A stretch of 64,000 bases of DNA from Tubiluchus corallicola (Eukaryota > Animalia > Priapulida). Location of the stretch: NCBI GenBank assembly GCA_030141605.1, contig JAQGDQ010000001.1, positions 2,976,001-3,040,000 on the forward strand, written 5' to 3'. The notes below the pieces were generated by a model. It was not told the origin of the DNA and did no database searches. It was given only the letters and a program-made list of their open reading frames with translations. This document shows, piece by piece, positions 54,401 through 64,000 of the stretch. Position numbers and translations under genes: made by a program. Position 1 is the first letter of the stretch; each line of letters opens with the position of its first letter.

Positions 54401-56220
54401 GGCCTTCTTGCAGATGTTTGGCGTCGATTTCGCTCTTCTCGGCACACTTTTAATATGGTTTTGATTCTCGATTCTCCAACACAAGACGGGTACCTTTCGT
54501 TCTACTTCCACTAGATTTGTGCCATACCTTACTGAAAGTTTCTGTTTTCAGCATTGAGTAGATTAAGATCAGCAGAAACCAGATTGAACACAGATGTATT
54601 GGAAAGTACAAAAGTCGTAAAATCGATAAATCTGTCAGCTGTAAGGCCATCACGTTCGTTGCTCTCCCCCTCTCTAAAGTCTCTATTTTAGGTTTTTATC
54701 GATCTCCGTTTACGGAATTCTGCGTCCATGTTAGCATACAGTGGTGGAGCTATTTTCTTTCTTCTAATGGCCGTTTTAACTCTCGGTGCATTGTTTGAAT
54801 ACTAAAAGATTAAGTTATTTTAAGATGAATGTGTAGCGCCGGTATATCAATATATTTAATACAATATAAATACTGTAATTAATATAAATAAATAAATAAA
54901 AATTATAAGGAAAGCAGTTGCAGAACAGAGATGAAATGCACTAAAAAATCAGTCGAGCAAACGCATTCTTGGATTACTTTACTGTGGGCCTTTGAGCTAG
55001 AGCCGCTAGACGTCGCTCGAGATTGTCACATGCTCAGAGTGGTTGGCCTTGCATAAACCAAACTTATTCATTTTTTCGCCATGACCATCCTGAAATCCGT
55101 GCCTTATTTTTCACTTATTTTACCTAAACAGTTTTTAATGTGCTCTACCTATGTGCTGCCTCTCTACCGCAGTTTAAATGGTAGCGTTGCATATGTAATA
55201 TTATAGTTTAACCTGCGTTTCTGCGAGCGTTGCACATTGCAAGCCTTTCTTAACTATTATTGGTCGCAAAACAGCAGATTGCGAATTCACTCAGCCGCCT
55301 CCGAGATAAATGCTAATATTAGTCTTTTGTCCGCATTCGTGGTTCACAGGCGTGTTTCTCTTTTTCTGATTTTGAAACCCGAAATTTTCTTTGGCGTATT
55401 ATTTTTAGCAGTTTCGTAAAAAAATTCATTCTCGATTTCTGGGTTCGTCTTTTTACTTTTTGCATGTGTGTGTTTTCTTTCCAGAGAATGACTTGTTACT
55501 GAGCTTTTCATAGTAAAACAACTTGATTTTTATGCGCCTTCATCGCAAGTTATCTATTGTGTGGTATGAGACGCCTGTTCCTTCCTGGTTTCAAATTTAT
55601 ATGGCCTCTGTATGCGTCACCGAATTACCCAACCCACCATCTGCTGTGATTTTCCCACGTATACCATTGGCTCATGACCAGAAATGTAAATAAAATTGTA
55701 AAGAGTGAAGTTCGGACCACTATATATTTTTGTAATAATAATTGTCAGAAGCTAAGCATGTGCTTTGTTCTTTTTCATATAGTGTTGTGTTGATTGCATC
55801 TATTGGGAAATCTTTGTGGTCATTAAGAAATGCTTGTGTGGTTATTATGAAATATGTGGTACTAAGTGCTAACAACGAGTTTTACAAATTCGTTAAGATA
55901 TTATTTGTCCTCTGCTATTCGTATCATTTATTATCACTTGCATGTGTGCGAATGTAAAGGTGCAAATGTGTCGACTTCCTAGTGTTCCCACCCAACTTGG
56001 CCTAATTTGTCAGCATTCAGAGGCAGAATATATATATGCAAATAAGCTTGCACGTTTTCATTTGGGCGAGGAATAGTTGGATGATCATATTTTTGCTTTC
56101 TGAAGGTTAAGTGACATCGAGTCCAGTTACATAATTGATGAGACCTCCTGCAAAATTGAACTAAACTGGCCAGTTTTTCATGTTGCCTGGAGTATTTTTT
56201 CTTAAAGTGGGACCTTATGT

Positions 56221-56480
56221 ACCGAGAGGCATAGCTCAATGGTAGCATGCTTCCTACCCGGCAGGTCGCGGGTTCAATTCCCAGCCGAGTCATACCGTAG
56301 AGACAAAGACTTATAAATGGTACCGCTGGTTCTTCGACCAAACACGCGGATTTGTCGAAGTAACATACGGGTAATAAGAATAATCTGGATCACCTTGGAA
56401 ACAAGTATTGAGTTAGTTAAGGTGTTATACCTTTGACTATGTCCTAAGCGAAATTAATAATAATAATAATAATAATAATA
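56221..56480 (+). mobile_element. tRNA-derived SINE with Meta-domain-like core and (AAT)n tail
   Basis: A box TAGCTCAATGG, B box GGTTCAATTCC, then GTCATACC[8 nt]AAAGACTTATAAATGGTACC and a 3' (AAT)n tail. Confidence 0.8.
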
Positions 56481-59400
56481 ATTTTTTACTGTGGGAGAAT
56501 TATTCTTGACAAAGAGCTTGGTTCTGATCCCACATCAACTGTTTGCGTTAAGTAGTGCTTTGAGTGCTTAAGAACTTGCAGAGTGTTGAACTCTGTAAAA
56601 AATATCGACATATTACGCATAAAACATAAATTCATTTTTACTGTGGTAAAGCAGTGAGAAATGGACTAATGTGCATCGCAAGTAAATTTGTTTACTTAAT
56701 TCAGCGAAAGTTCAGTCTCCGCATCCCAGCGCGTTAGCTTAGCCTTGGTGCAATGAACTTGTTCCATTAATAATTAAAGTAATATCAGTTATTCCCAGGT
56801 GTACCTTGACGCCGAGTTTGCACGTTGAAGTAATAAATTTGTCAGTAAACGTTTTCCAAACTAATGGCGGCTTCTTCAAAGTGCCATTGATTCAACATTT
56901 TGTCGTGTGAAAAAATTAAAAAAATCTTGCTGGCCTTACTTGGCCTCTCGGTTCGGTTTCTGTCTATTTTAGTTACGACTATGTAATCTATAAATTTTCG
57001 ATGTAGTTCATATACACTGTTTGTGAATAAAGCAGAATTGGTGTTTTATGTTGCACATGTAGGCACAGCAAATTTCTCTATGTGACTGTAGTAGCTGGCC
57101 CTTCGACTGCTAGTGGGTTATTGTTGAATTTAAAATATGCCTTCCATCCTAAATTTAGTATGCTTTAGCACTTTCACATTTCCGGTTTGCACTGTTCGTG
57201 CATGAACCAGTATACATTTTTATATCATGATTCGTTTGTGCTATCGTCATTTATCAAAATGTCTTTGAGAAAGTCGACAATAGTTACTTACAGAGCACTC
57301 GTAGCCTACGTGCACACAAATCCTTACAACAAACAAGGAGCTCAGCTCTTTCGCATAAATTTAAAATTTTCAACTAGGAAGTGTTTTGATAGAGAATGAG
57401 TTAAAGCTAATGCTTTATTGTTGTTTCGCATTCAAAACGAAAATTTGTAAAGGTATCGCTTTGGCCTCCTTATTAGTATTCATATGGAAACAGCGTCTAC
57501 AAACAAGTTTCTGTTACCTGCAATGGATTTCAAAGTTTATGTGATTAGAATGTAATATTCAGATTTTGTTTGGTGTACATACGTGTGGTAAAGATGTCTG
57601 TGTTTAGGTTTACTAAGATTTATTTGGTTTGAAACAACCAACCAAACAAGTTTGCTAGGGTCAATCACGTGATTAAATTGTTTGGGGTGTGTTTTAAAAT
57701 TTCCTGGACTGTACAAACGTGAAGTTTTTCTTCAAATTTCAGAACTACCCGCATAGTCCCAATGTTCTAAAGTTTCCAAACACATTAATCAGTTAATGAA
57801 GCTATAGGAGTGCGCATCTGTGAATATGCAGTTACACAGCGTATGTGTTTGTCGTAAAGCTTTATGTCTTCAGATGCCTATTACTCTAGGGAAGGAACAC
57901 AGTTTCTTTTGTGTGCGTCTTCTAACTGTTATTAGCGTCATAGAGAGGCATGTGGCCAGCCGAACTAGTCTTAGTAGCAACACAAATGTGATAAACTGGG
58001 GCTTAAAGAAGCTGCCTCGAAGAGGCGTTCAAATAAAACAGTCATCACCTAAACATTGCATTCGATGTTGGGGAAGCGTTTACACAATGGGCTAATGTTA
58101 ATATTGTATGATATTACAAAATCCAAGCTGCTTATGTGAAGTACTTGCATGTCATAAATTACCTCGTGGTTTACAACCGCTGTAATTTAAACGGGTGCGT
58201 AATTGCGTTTATGTATTTAGTGAAGGTGTAATATTTGAATATAAATAATTAAATGCAGAAGTAAATTGGAGCAGCCGCTTAATGAATTTTAATTCGATTC
58301 TTAGTACGCTATTCTCGTGCTTAAAAGCAATAAATTAAAGAATAAATTGAAGGACTTACAGTTGGACGAGAAATCTTTTTTGATTGGCATTTATTGTTGG
58401 CGAAGAACTAATGAAAGGTGTAATCTCAAAATCTCTAAACATTCCTGTTAAATAAAAGTACCTGTTCTTTCTCGTTTTATTTTTGTCAGCGTCAATCTAC
58501 TGCGTGTAGTGTGGCAGAGGCAAATAATAATTATCATAAATAATAATACTGGTATAGATTTAGTGACCTACCTGCAGCCTTACATTGTACTATCTACTCT
58601 TTGATTGTGCCTGCACAATGCGTTCGGTCGGAAGTTAGCGATTTTCTATTTACATGTGGTAACTGCAACAAAATTGCTCCGTTTTTGTAAACTAAACAAC
58701 TAGGAAGTTGTTGTTAAGAGGCTGAGAACATAAATCGCGCGCAATTGACGCGGCAGACCCACAATACAAGTTGGTAAACTATTTGACGCCATATATACAA
58801 CATAAATGAATTGTGAGGAAGAGCACGGAAAAGATTTGTGTCTTTATTACATACACATACAGGGAAAAAGTAGTGCGGTATAAATTATTTCAGCACCTGC
58901 GAGAAGGAAAGTCAAAGTTTCGTTTTGTAATGTGGTGCTTGCGATGTTTAAGATATAAAATGAAAATGCGACAAATTTAAGATAATTAGCTGCTTCCACA
59001 TCCATAACTGATTTTTTCTAAAACGAAAAATGTTTAGTTCATTTTGCTGTTGACCCAGTTGTGTGTCTAGGTTGGGCCTACTTTTGCCCGTTTATGACCT
59101 TTTCTTAATAATACCTACTCTAAAAATTCTTACAAGTAGTTTGTAAGCTAAAAGCATATGACAATTTAATTTGCATAGTAATTAATGAGCATAGTATAAT
59201 CTGTCAAATCTTACTTAAATTAAATGATGGCATGACGGTACGTTTTAACTAATTTTGTTATTTCTGAATCATTGTTTTATTTGATATTTTTGACATTTTT
59301 TTTCTGATGCTATTGATGCATCTTTAATCACCAGTTTCACTCTTTCAAATCTTATCTGGACCAGGTGTTATGTCTGAGGACCAGACTGGACTCAGGTTAT

Positions 59401-59672
59401 TCTCGGACAATGCGGCCATTGTAAACTTGTTCCTCAGTCCCTTCTGTTTAATTACTTGACATAATTGTTGCGCATCAAAAACATCGACAGGTAGAACTTG
59501 TGACATAATTTTTAACTTACTTGAAATCACATGTTTTAATCTTAATTGTGCATGTAAGCGAAACACAAACGCAGTGAGTGCAGATATTTGTCCATTATTG
59601 TTGCTGCTAAAGTTCTAAATTCTATAAACCCAGCAAGTCATTAAGAATGTTTTTATTGTAATTAATTTTCAG

Positions 59673-59849
59673 GCGTTGGTATGGTTCTGACTACAGTCAG
59701 CGGTGTGGCTTGGAGGTTGACCTCTCCAAATTCTCCCAACTGTAGCTGGTTGCTCGGTTTTCAGCGTCGTCGATCATCGAACCATGATGAAGTATTTACA
59801 ACCAGAAGATGGTCGTCAACTAACGGCCGAGGAGGACATCCATTTTCTG
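59673..59849 (+). CDS. Two-TM protein exon 4 (end of TM2, cytoplasmic tail)
   Basis: TTTTCAG and GTAAGC splice sites, phase 1-1; reads GVGMVLTTVSGVAWRLTSPNSPNCSWLLG..GGHPFS, completing the helix started in exon 3 across an 8.2-kb intron. Confidence 0.88.
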
Positions 59850-60386
59850 GTAAGCTTCAGAATTGTTTTAATTTTTACGGCAGTTTCCTGTTATAAATGC
59901 TGGAAGAATGCACGTCGTAATTATGTGTGACTGACTGCACGCATTTTAATATTGCATGGATTCATGGCATCATTTCGATCGGCTACCACCCATATTTAGT
60001 CAAGTTTAATTTAAAAGCAGCAAAACAGAGCTGAACTAATGATAAAATAGCAAAATATAAAGCAAACTGACCAAAAAAATTCACACTGTAAATCCCATAA
60101 CAATTAAGAAATAGAACTACCTGCACTGAATCATGACATCCAAGACCAATCGCAAAGCAATCAACCAAAAAAAAAATCGCACACACACTCTATAGGAGAT
60201 TCTGATATATTACCGTGTGACACTATTTCTGACTTGTGTTATTGGAAGTTGATTTCTATGCCAGGTGATCATGTCATTGTGGAGAATTCCGATGTAGATC
60301 ATTTTGGTTCTCTTTAGACGTCATGTCCCATAATAGTTATAATATGGCAGCATTTTAACTCTGTAGAATATTTTTATTTTTTACAG

Positions 60387-60528
60387 CAATGATGTATCCA
60401 GAGTTTGAATTTCGGTCTCCTCCACCTTCATATCAGGCTTCCATGCAAGACTATAGGTTAAGACTTATGTGGGAGCATAATAACACTGAATATGGTTATC
60501 ATAACCGATCGCCCCCACCCACATACAG
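60387..60528 (+). CDS. Two-TM protein exon 5 (two PPxY motifs)
   Basis: TTACAG and GTAAGT splice sites, phase 1-2; reads AMMYPEFEFRSPPPSYQASMQDYRLRLMWEHNNTEYGYHNRSPPPTYR. Confidence 0.9.
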
Positions 60529-60728
60529 GTAAGTCAGGAAGAATAACTCTTGGCTTTATAGCTGTCTGTAATGAGTTGCCCATACGTAATTTAGTGTGTG
60601 AAATTAGGACTAACGTACAGACTTGATTATTGGAAAGTTTTAGCCAAACATTTGACTTATATTTGTACTGAAATAGCTGCCCCACACCCTCTGTTAATAA
60701 TATTTAATGAAAATTACATATTTAACAG

Positions 60729-60809
60729 GTCGGTTTTAAATGCAAGTCGTCCACCATTGGAAGTCCAGTCAAATCAATGTCGTAATACATCTCTGCCGCC
60801 AAGTTACAG
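60729..60809 (+). CDS. Two-TM protein exon 6 (third PPxY)
   Basis: AACAG and GTAAAA splice sites, phase 2-2, 81 nt; reads SVLNASRPPLEVQSNQCRNTSLPPSYR. Confidence 0.82.
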
Positions 60810-61217
60810 GTAAAATCTCGTTTTGTTTGTTAATTAAAAATTGCACATTTTTACAAGTTTGCACATCTTATACTTAGCCTATTCAAAAGCTAAATTGATC
60901 TGTTCAAAAGTGTGGTGACTCTTAGTTTTTATTTAAAAGCTTTAGCACTAAAAACCAGCAATATTAGGCATAGTTGAAGGTTAGTGGATGTAACATTATT
61001 TTATCTTGCAGCACTACTAATTTACTGGTTACTTGGTAGTCACTGGTTGTGAATTCCTGTAATACATTTGTTCAAAGGCATGCCAATTTATTGTACTAAA
61101 TTTCAAAACAACAGGTTGAGTGCATAGATACTTTTAGCTGGTCTAATGTAAGCCAGGTAATGATGTCTTTTATGCAGTAAAAAATTGCTTCACAGATATA
61201 TTTTTTGTTACTGTCAG

Positions 61218-61920
61218 GTCCCATGAAAGTATTGCTGGTGTACCGGCAACAAGAGCCAGAGGAAGCTTGGAGAATGTTCATATTTCGGTGGCTCATGGAT
61301 CTGGTCGAGCTTGTGCTCGTACATTCATCAATAGTCAACAACCTTCACATGCTGGTGCTGGAGAACCTATCAATTCTACAAATAGCCAGTCATGTAATGC
61401 ACGATTGATCAATGACCTGCGTTCTGGTATGAGTATTGAAACTCCAGAAACTGTCCTAGATGAACAAAGTGATCAAAACGTTGAGATTAACAGTGTGCAT
61501 GCACATGGTGGTCATGAAGATGAAATTGTCAGACATGTGGGTAATAATCATTGCCTTGAAAGAGAAGACAGAACTATAAGCGAATTATCTGCAGGAGTTA
61601 CTTTATTACATTCAGACTTACAAAATGCACCAGAGATAGAACAAAGGCAAGAACAAACTTGTCAAAATCAAAGCTTGCCTGTGCTGTCTGAACAAATTCG
61701 CCAGTCTATCTTTCCCCGCACAACTGTTAACCCGCATACAGGTAACATTGTTTATAAAGATGCTTCTAATTATCAGGGTGGCTATGCAGATAACTGTATT
61801 GACACAAACATGCAGTTTGCTTCTAATAATGAAGCAAGTTTACAAAACGAGGACCAGTCGGGCAGCGTTGTTTCATTGTTAGACTTGTCGAGTCTTTGTG
61901 GAGCTATTACCCAATTATAA
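61218..61920 (+). CDS. Two-TM protein exon 7 (terminal; ends ..GAITQL*)
   Basis: TGTCAG acceptor (phase 2) leads in frame into ORF 61267-61920. Candidate AATAAA signals are at 62607 and 62631. Confidence 0.88.
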
Positions 61921-63167
61921 ATAATATTCTTTGGATAAAATCATTTATTTGTGACAACCATTAGGGTTATGAGGTCTAATTGACAGTTTATAAAAAAGTC
62001 TTGTATTTTGGTAACATGCATGCAGTTTGCACTCACTATATGTATGTTACACATGTACTGTCAAAAAGGCTTATTTACATATTATATAATTTAATATGAA
62101 AATAATAATAATAATTGTATAGGCTTTTTTCTTTTTTCATTTATATGCATTGTGCAGTGCAATTAATGCTTGTACTCATTATTGCTGATCACTGAGGTAA
62201 GTAATGCTGTAACTAGAAATACATAAATATGTAAACAAAAGTGATAGTTGCCATAGATGTTTGGTATATCGTAGAGAAAATTGTTATAATTATTATGTAT
62301 TTAAAAATCGAGTGTCTTCCAGATGGCTGTCAGTAATGTTTAAATAATATGAATGTAGAAATCAGTATTGTTTTTATTGTTTTTAGGTAGTCATCATTAT
62401 GTTGTGTTTGTGAATTTCAGTTCATTGTAACAAATATTATGCATAAATGTAATACATAAGCTACTTTTCCAAATTGAAATTTATATTTGGTATTCTACAT
62501 TGAAATTTATACATGTCTAATGTAGTTGAGTGTATTATGGCAATTCACTGATGTTAAACATGAATGATAATGAATGTGACAGTGACTTGCAGAGCAACTT
62601 AGCCTCAATAAAATTAGGTCTGTTATGTAAAATAAAACCTAAAAATCTCAAATTAATTTTTGTTGTTGTTTGGACAATAATTAATAATAGCAGTTTGCTT
62701 GATTTGATCGTGGATCTTCTATTAGTAGAAGATTTTGTTTTTGTTACAAATCCTAAAAACAGTTATTGTCACATCTGTTCACTTTCAATTAAAACGGAAT
62801 TCTCTGGCCCTTGTGCAGTAGTGAGTGATTCTGTGTGGAAGCAGTTACTGGGAATTTTATAGCAGTATCATTTTCTTATTCTACCATAAATCTGTCACTT
62901 TGAGAGTCAAAAATTTATTTAGAACTTGATTTCATACTACATCTGAATATTAACAATACTAAACTTGAGAACAGTTATCATTTCAGTAGCTCACTATCGT
63001 AATTGCATAAGCTCATTTCGTGACACCTGATACTAAAAACCATTTCAAATTAATCAATCAATTTATTTTGTTCCAGGAATACATATAAGTTATATATTAA
63101 TTGTATATAAGTTTTATTTACCTTGTTTTTTTGCAAAAGGTGGAAATAGACTTACATGCAAACATAT

Positions 63168-64000
63168 GATTTAGATTAGATTTAATAGATTTATTTCGCA
63201 ATAAACATATACATTACATGTGCATCGATAATCAGTTTTTGTTAATACAAAAATATGATACAATTCATGAATTCTGTGCTAGAGACCTAAGAAGCTAGCT
63301 TATGGTAGGCCACTAGAATTAGTTATAAAAAAAGTACAATATATACAGATACAATATTACAATATATACAAATATAAATACGGGCGGGAAGTAATAAAAA
63401 AATTATTATACTAGAGGGGAAGTCTTTGAAAATGAAAAACAACAAATTTATGATTGAGTGATCAGTTACATGTGATTCAAGTAAGTTTAATTTATAATTT
63501 TTTAAAAATATGGACAGCGAGTTGGCATTTTTAATAGCTGGAGCAATTGAATTCCATATGTAAGGACCATTGTATTTAATAGAAAATTTTCTAACGTTTG
63601 TGGTGCACTGTATGTAGTGATAGTTAAGTCTATAACGTGTGCCGTAATTATGTATCTCAGCATTCAAACAAAAATAATCAGTAAATACGGGAGGTAATAA
63701 TTTATGAGAGAATTTGTACATGAAAATGGCAGTTTGGAACTTATTAATGTCATAAATGCTTAGAAACTTTAGTCTTTTAAATATTGGTGGTGTATGGTCC
63801 TGATAACCGGCAAATGTTATAGCTCGCACTATTTTCTTCTGAATCAGATGAATTTTTTTCAATCGATTGGTGCATATGCTTTCCCAAATAATGTTTGAAT
63901 TATTAAGATATGGTAAAAAAAGAGAATAATACATATATAATAATACAAGTACTGATTTAGGCAATATGTGTCTAACTCTGTATATAATACCTATGGTTTT
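63168..64000 (-). mobile_element. LINE (L2/Crack/Daphne-like) 3' portion, runs off window end
   Basis: ORF 63323-63964 reads YYSLFLPYL..IQKKIVRAIT..HTPPIFKRL..HNYGTR..GPYIWNSI. The tail AATAAATCTATTAAATCTAATCTAA on the minus strand resembles that of the element at 5.1-7.0 kb. Confidence 0.88.

Noticed and set aside
56221-56290. Possible tRNA gene
   Set aside because: A and B boxes are present but there is no clean cloverleaf, and it runs into a SINE core and (AAT)n tail.
59345-59566. 73-aa minus-strand ORF inside the long intron (nested gene?)
   Set aside because: No recognisable domain or supporting exon structure; the length is within chance expectation.

Overview
AT-rich eukaryotic (invertebrate animal-like) genomic DNA with GT-AG introns; there is no prokaryotic operon structure and no CRISPR array. 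Three spliced genes were reconstructed by hand with consistent splice phases. (1) The 5' part of a minus-strand immunoglobulin-superfamily cell-surface protein: signal peptide plus Ig1, Ig2 and part of Ig3, DCC/neogenin/protogenin or CDON/BOC-like, exons 3563-406, continuing off the left edge. (2) A minus-strand ~154-aa single-domain CAP/SCP protein of GLIPR2/GAPR-1 type (15402-13614) in which both conserved cavity histidines are replaced. (3) A plus-strand 7-exon ~953-aa protein of unknown family (49310-61920) with two TM helices, disordered cytoplasmic tails, NxAF motifs, three PPxY motifs and a C-terminal class I PDZ-binding motif (TQL). The rest is intronic or intergenic and contains many mobile-element relics: L2/Crack-like and CR1-like LINE fragments, a decayed and internally deleted BEL/Pao LTR element, a Harbinger derivative, Kolobok-like TTAA MITEs, Helentron/HINE-like elements, two tRNA-headed Meta-domain SINEs and microsatellites. 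Gene 3 is the best candidate for new biology, as a putative membrane adaptor for endocytosis or ubiquitination. All family assignments come from motif recognition, not database searches.
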